Of a stretch of DNA of 55,430 nt, positions 37,224 through 46,792 are shown one piece after another; the stretch's first letter is position 1, and every line of letters begins with the position of its first letter. The notes below the pieces were generated by a model, which saw only the letters and a list, made by a program, of their open reading frames with translations, did no database searches and was not told the origin of the DNA. This DNA comes from Oscillospiraceae bacterium (lineage in GTDB: Bacteria; Bacillota; Clostridia; Oscillospirales; Ruminococcaceae), in assembly GCA_014858325.1 (NCBI GenBank), contig RKCM01000119.1, forward strand, positions 1-55,430. Direction: 5' to 3'. Position numbers and translations under genes: made by a program.

Positions 37224-37691
37224 ATGTACGGTGTATCCAAGATCCATATTGAACCGAACCTGATGATGATCAGTGTGCAGGACGCAGAGTTCAAGGACAA
37301 TACCATGGCCCGCTACCTGCAGATCTTTGCCGATACCGGCGTGGTGGTGGATATGATCAGCCAGAGCGCCCCCCATGGCACCAGCATGGATTTCAGCTTT
37401 ACGGCATCCAGCAGCGACCTGCCGCTGGTGATGAAAGCCATCTCGGCCGCAAATCTGGACAAGAATGCCAAGGCAGCCCCCCTGCTCAGCGTGGGCTACT
37501 CCAAGCTGAACCTTTTTGGCGAGGAGATGGTGACCAGCTGCGGCGTGGCCGCCCGTGCCCTGAATGCTCTGGCTGCGGCTGGCATTGAAGTGTTGCTCAT
37601 CACCACCAGCGATCTGGACATTTCCCTGCTGGTCCGTGCGGAGAACGAGGATGCGGCTTACGAGGCATTGAAGAAGGCCTACGAGCTGTAA
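37224..37691 (+). CDS. Stand-alone tandem ACT-domain protein (aspartokinase regulatory-subunit-like)
   Basis: VDMISQS and G..M...GVAA....L....I.V.LITTS...IS motifs. Confidence 0.8.
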   Translation: MYGVSKIHIEPNLMMISVQDAEFKDNTMARYLQIFADTGVVVDMISQSAPHGTSMDFSFTASSSDLPLVMKAISAANLDKNAKAAPLLSVGYSKLNLFGEEMVTSCGVAARALNALAAAGIEVLLITTSDLDISLLVRAENEDAAYEALKKAYEL

Positions 37692-37725
37692 GGACGCTCC
37701 CCCGCAAAAAGCAAGCAAACACAAC

Positions 37726-37785
37726 AAGGCCCGGAGCCTCTTCCCTTTCCTGTTTTGCAGGAAGAGGAGAAGCCCCGGGCCTTTC
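37726..37785. terminator. Terminator between convergent ACT gene and tyrS
   Basis: AAGGCCCGG...CCGGGCCTT stem with flanking A- and T-rich tracts. Confidence 0.65.
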
Positions 37786-37809
37786 TATCTGCTGTTTTGT
37801 GTTTCGGGC

Positions 37810-39027
37810 TTACAGAGTAACCTTGTGGTACACTTTCTTGCCCTTTTTGATGACAATGCCGTTTCGCAGCTGATCGGCGGTGTAGCTGACCGTGGGGGCA
37901 GCGACCTTCTCGCCGTCCACAAAGACGCCGCCCTGCACCACCAGACGACGAGCCTCGCCGTTGGACGCAGCCAGACCGGCCTTGACCATCAGGGTCAGAA
38001 TGCCGATGGAGCCGTCCGTCAGATCGGCCTCGGTCAGCTGGGTGGTGGGCATGTGCTCGGTGTCGGCCGCACCGCTGAACAGTGCGCGCGCTGCATTCTG
38101 GGCCTTGACTGCCTCTTCCTCCCCGTGGACCATCTTGGTCAGCTCATAGGCAAGGATCTCCTTGGCCTCGTTCAGGCGCTGATCCTTCCAGGTACTCATC
38201 TCGTCGATCTGCTCCAGCGGCAGGAAGGTGAGCATACGGATGCACTTCATTACGTCAGCATCCCCCACGTTCCGCCAGTACTGGTAGAACTCGAAGGGGC
38301 TGGTCTTGTTGGGGTCCAACCAGACGGCGTTGCCGGCGGTCTTGCCCATCTTCTTGCCCTGAGAGTCGGTCAGCAGGGTGATGGTCATAGCATAGGCGTC
38401 CTTGCCCAGCTTGCGGCGGATCAGCTCGGTGCCGCCCAGCATATTGCTCCACTGGTCGTCGCCGCCAAACTGCATGTTGCAGCCGTAATGCTGGAACATG
38501 TAGTAGAAGTCGTAGCTCTGCATGATCATGTAGTTGAATTCGAGGAAGGACAGGCCCTTCTCCATCCGCTGCTCGTAGCACTTGGCGCGCAGCATATTGT
38601 TGACGGAGAAGCAGGCGCCCACGTCGCGCAGCAGCTCCACGTAGTTCAGGTTCAGCAGCCAGTCGGCATTGTTCAGCATCAGTGCCTTGCCCTCGGAGAA
38701 ATCAATGAACTTCTCCATCTGCTTTTTGAAGCAGGCAGCATTGTGGGCAATGTCCTCTTTGGTGAGCATCTTGCGCATATCGGTGCGGCCGGAGGGGTCG
38801 CCGATCATGGTAGTGCCGCCGCCGATCAGGGCAATGGGCTTGTTGCCGGCCATCTGCAGCCGCTTCATCAGGGTCAGTGCCATAAAGTGGCCTGCGGTAA
38901 GGCTGTCGGCGGTGCAGTCAAAGCCGATGTAGAAGGTGGCCTTGCCGTTGTTGATGAGGTCGATGATCTCGTCATCGGTGATCTGGGCCACCAGACCGCG
39001 GGCTTTGAGTTCTTCGTACAGAGTCAT
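37810..39027 (-). CDS. tyrS: Tyrosine--tRNA ligase
   Basis: YIGFDCTADSLTAGH (HIGH variant), QFGGDDQW, KMGKT, C-terminal S4 domain. Confidence 0.97.
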   Translation of the reverse strand: MTLYEELKARGLVAQITDDEIIDLINNGKATFYIGFDCTADSLTAGHFMALTLMKRLQMAGNKPIALIGGGTTMIGDPSGRTDMRKMLTKEDIAHNAACFKKQMEKFIDFSEGKALMLNNADWLLNLNYVELLRDVGACFSVNNMLRAKCYEQRMEKGLSFLEFNYMIMQSYDFYYMFQHYGCNMQFGGDDQWSNMLGGTELIRRKLGKDAYAMTITLLTDSQGKKMGKTAGNAVWLDPNKTSPFEFYQYWRNVGDADVMKCIRMLTFLPLEQIDEMSTWKDQRLNEAKEILAYELTKMVHGEEEAVKAQNAARALFSGAADTEHMPTTQLTEADLTDGSIGILTLMVKAGLAASNGEARRLVVQGGVFVDGEKVAAPTVSYTADQLRNGIVIKKGKKVYHKVTL

Positions 39028-39057
39028 AGAAAAGATCCTCCTGTTTTGTGGGCAGAG

Positions 39058-39350
39058 GGAAAACAAAACGCCCCCTGCCAAACGTAAATTTGGCAGAGGG
39101 CGAGAAAAATCGCGGTACCACCTCTGTTTGCCGCCTCCTCACAGAAACGGCCTCACGAGTGCGCTCCTCAGAGTAGTAGGACACTCCTGCGTTTGTAACG
39201 CTCGCATGCGGCACAGCCTACTAGAAGAAAGCTCCATTCAGCCTGCAGCTCCGGGAGGTATTTCGCCCGCTGCTCTGCACACCCCTTGCACCAACCGGGG
39301 TCTCTCTGGGCAGAGCGCATCAGGGTACTTGTTCCCATCTTCGCCTTTCA
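39058..39350 (-). promoter_or_regulatory. T-box riboswitch leader (Tyr specifier UAC)
   Basis: AGTA, AGAGA and GGTGCAA stem-I motifs; GAAA-TAC specifier at 39260-39258; T-box AGGTGGTACCGCG at 39123-39111; terminator before the RBS; promoter TTGACA-17-TACACT at 39388-39360. Confidence 0.93.
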
Positions 39351-39384
39351 ACAAAAAACAGTGTATCACAGTTGGGCACAGATG

Positions 39385-41055
39385 TCAACGGGCTTTGTGG
39401 GCCTGCGCCAGCATTTCGCGGGCGTTGGCGCGGGAAAGCTCGGTGACATGGTCGCCGGAGATGATGTGCGCCAGTGCATCCACTCTCCCCTCTTCGTCCA
39501 GCGGGTGGATCTCGGTATAGGTCCGCTCGTTTGCAATGTTTTTCTGGATGAGCAGATGGCAATCCGCCAGCGCAGCGATCTGCGCCGTGTGGGTGATGCA
39601 CAGAATCTGATGTCCCTCGGCACTTTGGCGCAGCACCTCTCCGATGCGGCTGGCCGCCTTGCCGGAAACGCCGCTGTCAATCTCATCGTAGATGACGGTG
39701 GGCACGGCGTCCTTATCGGCCATGGCATTTTTGATGGCCAGCGTGATGCGGCTCAGCTCGCCGCCCGAAGCAATCTTTGCCAGGGGTTTCGGGTCCTCGC
39801 CGGGGTTGGTGGAGATATAAAATTCGATGCTGTCCTGCCCATGGCTTGCCAGCGGGCCGCGGGCATGGTGCAGCGCCATCCGCACACCCGGCATATTGAG
39901 GAAATCCAGCGTGCCGGAAATGCGCTTGTTCAGCTCTTCAAAAGCCTTCAGGCGGGTCTGGGTCAGCGTTTCCGCTTTCTCCCGGGCCAGCACATACAGC
40001 CGATGCTGCTCGGCCTGCAGATGCTCCACCCGCTCCTGCGAGGATTGGATGAGATTGAGCTCCTGCCGGGCCTTTTCGCCAAAGGCGAGGATGTCCTCGA
40101 CCGTATCTCCGTATTTCCGCTTGAGCTTGTAAATAAGGTCGATGCGCTGCTCGATCTCGTCCAGCTCGGCGTCGTTGGTATCATAGGCGTCCAGCCGACC
40201 GATGAGGTCGGCGGCGGCATCCTTGGCGTTGTAGTAAAGGTCCAGCAATTGGCCCGCACTGGCAGAAAGCTCCCCGTCCAGCTGGGCGGCTGCATCCACG
40301 GCATTGGAGGCTTCGCCCAGCAGATCCACCGCTCCCGGCGTTTCGTCGTCGCCGGAAAGCAGCGCGTAGCACTGCGCGATTTTATCCCGGATGGTGGAGG
40401 CATTGGCCAGCACTTTCCGGCGGCTTTCCAGCGTCTGCTCTTCGCCTGCCGTCAGAGCGGCGTCGTCGATCTCCTGTACCTGATAGCTCAAAAGATCAAT
40501 GCGGCGCTGCTTTTCGTTCTCATCGGTGATCTGGGCGTCCAGCTCCCGCTTCACCTTTACAAGCTCGCGGTAGACGGCATAGTAATCCTGATATTCCGCG
40601 CGGTTCTGCGCGTAGGCGTCCAAAATGCCCTCGTGGTGGGCGGGGTTCAAAAGGCCCACCGAATCGTGCTGGCCGTTGATGTTGATGAGACCGCCGCAGA
40701 GCTCCCGCAGCACCGCCGCTGTGGCGGGCATCCCATTGATGCGGCAGCTGCTCTTGCCCTCGGCGGTGATCTCGCGGCTGAGCATCAGCGCCGAGGAGCG
40801 CTCGTACCCGGCCTTTTCCAGACTGTCCAGCACTGCCTCCGGCACATCGTCAAAGGCGGCCCGGATCACGGCCTTGGCCGCGCCGGTGCGCACAAGGTCC
40901 TTGGAGGTGCGGTTGCCCAAAATGGCATTGATGGAGTCGATGAGGATGGATTTGCCCGCACCCGTCTCGCCTGTCAACACATTCAGGCCTTTTTCAAAGT
41001 GAACGTTGGCTTTCTGGATGACCGCCACATTTTCAATTTGGAGGCTGCTCAGCAT
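39385..41055 (-). CDS. recN: DNA repair protein RecN
   Basis: TGETGAGKS, ASGGELSR, DEIDSGVSG, ITH. Confidence 0.96.
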   Translation of the reverse strand: MLSSLQIENVAVIQKANVHFEKGLNVLTGETGAGKSILIDSINAILGNRTSKDLVRTGAAKAVIRAAFDDVPEAVLDSLEKAGYERSSALMLSREITAEGKSSCRINGMPATAAVLRELCGGLININGQHDSVGLLNPAHHEGILDAYAQNRAEYQDYYAVYRELVKVKRELDAQITDENEKQRRIDLLSYQVQEIDDAALTAGEEQTLESRRKVLANASTIRDKIAQCYALLSGDDETPGAVDLLGEASNAVDAAAQLDGELSASAGQLLDLYYNAKDAAADLIGRLDAYDTNDAELDEIEQRIDLIYKLKRKYGDTVEDILAFGEKARQELNLIQSSQERVEHLQAEQHRLYVLAREKAETLTQTRLKAFEELNKRISGTLDFLNMPGVRMALHHARGPLASHGQDSIEFYISTNPGEDPKPLAKIASGGELSRITLAIKNAMADKDAVPTVIYDEIDSGVSGKAASRIGEVLRQSAEGHQILCITHTAQIAALADCHLLIQKNIANERTYTEIHPLDEEGRVDALAHIISGDHVTELSRANAREMLAQAHKAR

Positions 41056-41068
41056 AGTTTCTCCTGTC

Positions 41069-41563
41069 TTATCTCTGGCCCAGATGATGGGTCAGCTCCG
41101 CACAGATGGTTTTGGCGTCCCGCTCCGAACGGGCCACGATGAGGAAGGTATCATCGCCCGAGAGGGTGCCGACGACATTTTTCCATTTCAATGCGTCAAA
41201 AACCTCGCAGGCGGCGTTGGCCATGCCGGAGTAGCACTTTACCAGCACCACATGGCCGGCGTAATCCACGCCCAGCACCGACTCACGGAAAATGGTATCG
41301 AAGCGCCCCTGCATTTTGGGGTTCAGGCTCTCGTTGTGGCTGGACACATAGCGGTATCCGTCGCTGGTAGCGGCCTTGACAAGGCAAAGCTCCCGGATAT
41401 CGCGGGAGATGGTGGCCTGCGTCACGGCAAAGCCCTCGTCCCGCAAATGCTCCAGCAGCACCTCCTGGCGGCTGATGGAGTGCTCCCGGATCAGCCGGAG
41501 GATGGTCTGCTGGCGTTCCGCCTTGCTCTTGGCGTCGCCCGTATTGTTGCGGCTCATAGGCAT
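41069..41563 (-). CDS. argR: Arginine repressor
   Basis: VTQATISRDIREL, GTLSGDDT. Confidence 0.95.
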   Translation of the reverse strand: MPMSRNNTGDAKSKAERQQTILRLIREHSISRQEVLLEHLRDEGFAVTQATISRDIRELCLVKAATSDGYRYVSSHNESLNPKMQGRFDTIFRESVLGVDYAGHVVLVKCYSGMANAACEVFDALKWKNVVGTLSGDDTFLIVARSERDAKTICAELTHHLGQR

Positions 41564-41578
41564 TTCCTCCTGTATGCG

Positions 41579-42430
41579 TTATCGTCTGCTGCGCAGTTTC
41601 TGATCGATGGCTTCAAATTGGTCGGCATTGCCGAACGTGATGAGCTGGACGGTCTCGTTGGAAAGACGCACCTCCGCGGTCGCGCCCGCCCGCAGCGGGT
41701 ACCCCGAAACGCCGTCGCAGCTGAGGAAGACCTCATCGTCTGCCACCTGGCCCACGCAGATGTTGATCTTGCGCTCCTGCGCAAACACCATGGCAGAGTT
41801 TGCCAGACTGTGGGGGCAGATGGGGGTGACCACAAACCCCTTGGTCTTGGAGTCCAGGATGGGCCCGCCCGCCGCCAGCGAGTAGGCGGTGGAACCCGTG
41901 GGAGTTGCAACGATCACACCGTCGCCGCGGTAATGCTGCACCAGAATGTCGTCGCAGTAGATGCTGAAATCGATGGCCTGCTGCAAGCGGCCCTTTGTGA
42001 CCACCACATCGTTGAGGGCGTGGCCCTTCCACTGGTTATCCCCGATGACCCGGACATAAAGCAGCATCCGGCTGTCCAGCGAAAAATCTCCCCGGGCTAC
42101 GGCGGCCAGCTTTGCCTCCATCTCGTTGATCTCGCAGGTGGCCAAAAAGCCGCAGCGGCCCAGATTGACGCCCAGAATGGGCTTCTGGTATTTCATCGAA
42201 AGGCTGGCCTCATGCAGGATGGTGCCGTCGCCGCCAATGGTCAGGATGATGTCGGTGCCCTGCAGGCACTCTTCCGGCGGCAGATATCGCACTCCCATGG
42301 TGGGACAGGCTTTTTGCAGAGCATCGGCCATCAAAATGTCGGCCCCGTGGTTGAGCAGGATCTGCGCTGCCCGCTGTGCGATGCCGTTGGCCAGCGGCTT
42401 GCCGGAGTTTGGCGAAATGTAAACGGTCAT
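41579..42430 (-). CDS. nadK: NAD kinase
   Basis: GGDGT, ALND, DG..ATPTGSTAYSLAAGG. Confidence 0.95.
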   Translation of the reverse strand: MTVYISPNSGKPLANGIAQRAAQILLNHGADILMADALQKACPTMGVRYLPPEECLQGTDIILTIGGDGTILHEASLSMKYQKPILGVNLGRCGFLATCEINEMEAKLAAVARGDFSLDSRMLLYVRVIGDNQWKGHALNDVVVTKGRLQQAIDFSIYCDDILVQHYRGDGVIVATPTGSTAYSLAAGGPILDSKTKGFVVTPICPHSLANSAMVFAQERKINICVGQVADDEVFLSCDGVSGYPLRAGATAEVRLSNETVQLITFGNADQFEAIDQKLRSRR

Positions 42431-42453
42431 ACGCGGTCCCTCCGCATCTGCGC

Positions 42454-43257
42454 TTATTTGTCCAGCGTGGAATGGCTGGCTGCCACCACCTGTTCGGCAA
42501 CGGAGTCGTCCAGCACGCCGGGGGCGTCGCTCTTCTGGACAAACATCAGATACTCAATGTTGCCCTCTGGGCCCTTGACGGGGCTGAAATCGAGCCCCTG
42601 CACCACAAAACCGTTGGCGGCAGCATAGCCCATGGCGTTGTGCAGCACCTCGCGGTGCGTGGCCGGGTCGCGGACGACGCCGTTTTTGCCCACCTTCTCG
42701 CGGCCCGCCTCAAACTGGGGCTTGACAAGGCAGACGCCCATGGCGTCCGGCGTGGTGATGGCCTGTGCCACCGGGAAAATATGATGCAGCGAGATAAACG
42801 AGACATCTACACTGAAAAATTCCACAGGCTCTTGCAGCTGGTCAAGGGTGACATTGCGGATGTTCGTCCGCTCCATGTTCACCACCCGTTCGTCGGTGCG
42901 CAGGCTCCATGCCAACTGGCCGTAGCCCACGTCCACGGCGTAGACCTTGACCGCACCATTCTGCAGCATACAATCGGTGAAGCCGCCGGTGGAAGCACCG
43001 ATGTCCATGCAGACCTTGCCTTTGGGCGTCAGCGGAAAGCACTGCATGGCTTTTTCCAGCTTGAGTCCGCCCCGGCTGACATAGCCGATATCGTGGCCGC
43101 GCACTTCCACCTTGGCATCCTCTTTGATCATTTCGCCGGCCTTGTCCACCTTCTGTTCGTTGACAAAGACGACACCGGCCATGATCATGGCCTTGGCACG
43201 TTCACGGCTCTGGATGAGGCCGTGTTGCACCAGATACTGGTCTAACCGAATCTTCAA
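42454..43257 (-). CDS. tlyA: TlyA-family rRNA methyltransferase (TTG start)
   Basis: RLDQYL S4 domain, YVSRGGLKL, DIGASTGGFTD, KPQFEAG. Confidence 0.93.
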   Translation of the reverse strand: MKIRLDQYLVQHGLIQSRERAKAMIMAGVVFVNEQKVDKAGEMIKEDAKVEVRGHDIGYVSRGGLKLEKAMQCFPLTPKGKVCMDIGASTGGFTDCMLQNGAVKVYAVDVGYGQLAWSLRTDERVVNMERTNIRNVTLDQLQEPVEFFSVDVSFISLHHIFPVAQAITTPDAMGVCLVKPQFEAGREKVGKNGVVRDPATHREVLHNAMGYAAANGFVVQGLDFSPVKGPEGNIEYLMFVQKSDAPGVLDDSVAEQVVAASHSTLDK

Positions 43258-45134
43258 AGCGTTGCTTCTCCTTTCGCTTCCCGCAGGGCCTGTGCCAGCT
43301 GTGCGGCGTCCAGCCCTTCTACGGTCTTGATCTGCGGCACCGTGGCGTGGGGCAGGCGCACGTTCTCCACGGCCCGATGGATGTACTTGCCGTTCCAGCC
43401 CGCTTTCTGGAGGGCCGCCTCCAGATGCTCGCCGATGCCGCCCCGGGCAACGCACTCCTCAGCAAACAAAATCACGTTATAAGATTGGATCTCAGCTACA
43501 AATTCTTCTGTAAAGGGATATATCTTTACAAGCTTGAACGCATCGCAGGGCGTGTTTTCGGCAGTCAGGAGCTTTGCGGCTTCCAGCGCATCCTCCACCT
43601 CGTCGGCGTAACTGACGATCGCCATTTTTGCGCCGGGAGCGGTGTAGAGCCGATCGTACTCCTTGCCGGAGCAGCCGTACTGCGCCAGCACTTTGCTCTC
43701 ACCGCCGCGCGGGTAGCGGATGGCCCGGGGCCCCTGCATCTCATTGCTGAGCAGGATGGGCAGCCAGTGCTTGAGCTCTGCATAGTTGGAGGGCGAATAG
43801 ACCGGGATGCCCACCTGGCTGAGGAAGGCCGGGTCAAAAATGCCCTGATGCGTCTCACCGTCGCCGGGCACAAAACCGGCGCGGTCGATGGCGAAGACAA
43901 CGTTCTCCTGCAGCAGGTTCACATCGTGGATGATCTGGTCGTAGGAGCGCTGCAGGAAGGTGGAGTAGATGCAGACCACCGGCAGCATCCCCTGGCTGGC
44001 AAGGCCTGCCGCAAAGGTGACAGCGTGCTGCTCAGCCATGCCCACATCAAAAAAGCGGTCGCGGTGGGTGTGGGCGAAGAACTGCAGACCTGTGCCGTAC
44101 TTCATCGCAGCGGTGATGGCGCAGATCTTTCGGTTCGCGTTCCCTTCTTTGTTCAGCAGATTGCCGAAGACCGTCGAGAAGGACTCCTTGGGAGCCACTT
44201 CGGGGTCCGGGATGCTCTGGATCAGATCAAAGGTGGACACGCCGTGGAAATTGCCGGGGTTGTTCTCGGCGGGGGCATAGCCCTTGCCCTTCTTGGTCAC
44301 GATGTGCAGAAAACAGGGCCCCTGCTGGCGGCAGATGTTGCGCAGCACCCGCTCCAGCTCCGCCTCGTCGTGGCCGTCTATGGGTCCAAAGTAGTGGAAC
44401 CCCATATCCTCGAACATGGTCGAGTGGTACATCGCCCGGCGCAGGACGCTCTTGCCGCTCTGGATGGCATTTTTGAGGGGGACACCCACCACGGGCACGC
44501 CATCCAGGAAGGTGCGCACATTTTCTTTTGCATCCAGATAGCGGTTGGTGGTGCGCAAATGGTTCAGATACCGGGCCAGCGCGCCCACATTTTTGCCGAT
44601 GGACATTTTGTTGTCGTTGAGGATCACCAGCAGGTTATCCAGCCCGCCGATGTTGTTCATGCCTTCATAGACCATGCCGCCCGTGAATGCACCGTCGCCG
44701 ATGATGGCGACGACATGGCCCGGCTCACCCCGCAGCTTTTTGGCCCACGCCATGCCGATGGCCAGCGAAAGAGCCGTGTTGCCGTGGCCCGCGATGAAAG
44801 CGTCGTGCTTGCTCTCATTGGGGTTCGGAAAACCGGAAAGGCCATTCAGCTGACGGAGGTGATCAAACCCCTCCCGGCGGCCCGTCAGCAATTTATGGGT
44901 GTAACACTGGTGGCCGACATCAAAAACGATCTCGTCTTTGGGGGTCTCCAGTACCCGGTGCAGGGCAACGGTCAGCTCCACTGCGCCCAGATTGGAGGCC
45001 AGGTGGCCGCCCGTTTTCGACACATGGTCCAGCAAAAAGCGCCGGATCTCGGAACACAGCTGCCCGATCTGCTCATTCGACAAATTTTTCAGATCGCTGG
45101 GCTGTGAAATATTTTCAAGCAAAGGGAAACTCAT
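43254..45134 (-). CDS. dxs: 1-deoxy-D-xylulose-5-phosphate synthase
   Basis: GGHLASNLG, DVGHQ, GDGA..N TPP motif, AEQHAV, DGETHQG. Confidence 0.96.
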   Translation of the reverse strand: MSFPLLENISQPSDLKNLSNEQIGQLCSEIRRFLLDHVSKTGGHLASNLGAVELTVALHRVLETPKDEIVFDVGHQCYTHKLLTGRREGFDHLRQLNGLSGFPNPNESKHDAFIAGHGNTALSLAIGMAWAKKLRGEPGHVVAIIGDGAFTGGMVYEGMNNIGGLDNLLVILNDNKMSIGKNVGALARYLNHLRTTNRYLDAKENVRTFLDGVPVVGVPLKNAIQSGKSVLRRAMYHSTMFEDMGFHYFGPIDGHDEAELERVLRNICRQQGPCFLHIVTKKGKGYAPAENNPGNFHGVSTFDLIQSIPDPEVAPKESFSTVFGNLLNKEGNANRKICAITAAMKYGTGLQFFAHTHRDRFFDVGMAEQHAVTFAAGLASQGMLPVVCIYSTFLQRSYDQIIHDVNLLQENVVFAIDRAGFVPGDGETHQGIFDPAFLSQVGIPVYSPSNYAELKHWLPILLSNEMQGPRAIRYPRGGESKVLAQYGCSGKEYDRLYTAPGAKMAIVSYADEVEDALEAAKLLTAENTPCDAFKLVKIYPFTEEFVAEIQSYNVILFAEECVARGGIGEHLEAALQKAGWNGKYIHRAVENVRLPHATVPQIKTVEGLDAAQLAQALREAKGEATL

Positions 45135-45177
45135 AGCTCCACGTCCTTCTCCCATTTTTATCCCAAATTCCTGATTT

Positions 45178-45651
45178 TTATACGCCGCTCATGGGGTAAA
45201 CGCATCCCACCACGACGCCGACCAAAACGCCTGCCACCACCTGCAGCGGGGTGTGGCCCACCATTTCCTTGAGGTGCATATTCTGCAGAAAAGGTGCATT
45301 CTGCTCGCTGATGTCGATCCACTGCTCGATCATCTGGTTGAGCACCTTGGCCTGCTCGCCGGTCTCGTGGCGGACGCCCATGGCGTCGTGCATGGTGATG
45401 ATGGCGACCACACTGGCAACCGCAAAGACGGGAGAACTGAAACCGACACTGCGCGCCGTTGCGATGACCATAGCGCAGACGGTAGCACTGTGGGCACTGG
45501 GCATACCGCCGTCGCCCCACATCCGCTCCAGCTGGAATTTCCCGAGCAGGATAAAATTGATGATCGTTTTCAGCACCTGAGCCACAAACCAGCCCAGCAG
45601 CGATACGGTCAAGATCTCGTTTGCCGAGAACAGCTCTTTGATCAGTTGCAT
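45178..45651 (-). CDS. Divergent PAP2 family (DUF212) protein
   Basis: GGMPSAHSA, DAMGVR, GHTP. Confidence 0.9.
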   Translation of the reverse strand: MQLIKELFSANEILTVSLLGWFVAQVLKTIINFILLGKFQLERMWGDGGMPSAHSATVCAMVIATARSVGFSSPVFAVASVVAIITMHDAMGVRHETGEQAKVLNQMIEQWIDISEQNAPFLQNMHLKEMVGHTPLQVVAGVLVGVVVGCVYPMSGV

Positions 45652-45679
45652 CGTGTATATTCCACCTTTTTACGTTCTT

Positions 45680-46561
45680 TTAATTGCAGCGCACCAGCAG
45701 CTTTTGGGCCAGCTGCTCCAAAAATGCGCTCTTTTCGCCAAACTCGCTGCGCAGCGAAGCGCAGGTGGCGTCGTTCAGCTCCTTTGCCAGCTTCATGGCA
45801 CCGTCGGTGCCAAACAGGGTGACAAAGGTGGTTTTTCCATTCTCGCTGTCACTGCCGATGGGCTTGCCCAGCTGTTCCTCCGTAGCGGTCACATCCAGCA
45901 CATCGTCCACGATCTGGAACACGAGGCCGATGCCGTAGGCGTAGTCTTCCAGCTCCTTGCACTGCTGCTCGGTCGCCTCAGCGGCGGCAGCGCCCATCTG
46001 GACGGCAGCGTTGATGAGCGCACCCGTCTTGTGGCGGTGGATGAGCCGCAGTTGCTCTTCGGTAGCTGCGATGGCCTCATATTTGAGGTCCAGCTCCTGC
46101 CCGTAGACCATGCCGTGGCTGCCTGCGCCCATGCCCAGAGCCTGTGCAGCCCGGACACAAACCAAAGGAGAGGCCGACGCATGGGCGATGGTGTTGAAAG
46201 CCTCCGTCAGCAGCACATCGCCCGCCAGCATAGCCGTGGCTTCGCCAAAGGCCTTATGGCAGGAAGGCTTGCCCCGGCGCAGGTCGTCGTTGTCCATACA
46301 GGGCAGATCGTCGTGGATGAGTGAGTAGCAGTGCAGCATCTCCACGGCAGCGGCAAACTGCTCGGCGGCCTCAGCATTGCCGTGCAGCATATCGCATACA
46401 GCCAGCACCAGCACGGCACGGATCCGCTTGCCGCCGCCCATCAAACTGTAACGGGCTGCTTTGCACACATCCGATCCCTCGGGCAGATAGGTCTCACAGG
46501 CAGCTTCCAGCGCCTTTTCCACGCGGGCAAGATACTCCTGATACTGCTTTTCGTAATCCAT
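45680..46561 (-). CDS. ispA: Geranyltranstransferase / FPP synthase
   Basis: GGKRIR, SLIHDDLPCMD..RRG, FQIVDDVLD. Confidence 0.93.
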   Translation of the reverse strand: MDYEKQYQEYLARVEKALEAACETYLPEGSDVCKAARYSLMGGGKRIRAVLVLAVCDMLHGNAEAAEQFAAAVEMLHCYSLIHDDLPCMDNDDLRRGKPSCHKAFGEATAMLAGDVLLTEAFNTIAHASASPLVCVRAAQALGMGAGSHGMVYGQELDLKYEAIAATEEQLRLIHRHKTGALINAAVQMGAAAAEATEQQCKELEDYAYGIGLVFQIVDDVLDVTATEEQLGKPIGSDSENGKTTFVTLFGTDGAMKLAKELNDATCASLRSEFGEKSAFLEQLAQKLLVRCN

Positions 46562-46573
46562 GATCGTTCCTCC

Positions 46574-46792
46574 TCAATCTTCGGCAGGCGCAGCACTTGG
46601 GGCGCGGGCGGCGTCGATCTCTTCCAACTGCAGCGTTGCCTTATCCAGCGTCGCTTTGCAGTATTCCATCAGAGAGGCCGCTTCCGCATACAGCTTGACC
46701 GATTCGGCCAGCGTGGTCTCCTCGCTCTGCATCTGCGTTAAAATCGTTTCCAGGCGGCTCATGCCGTCCTCAAAGCTTTTGGGTGCTCTCAT
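46574..46792 (-). CDS. xseB: Exodeoxyribonuclease VII small subunit
   Basis: SFE..M.RLE.I...L.ES..LY motif; synteny. Confidence 0.9.
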   Translation of the reverse strand: MRAPKSFEDGMSRLETILTQMQSEETTLAESVKLYAEAASLMEYCKATLDKATLQLEEIDAARAPSAAPAED

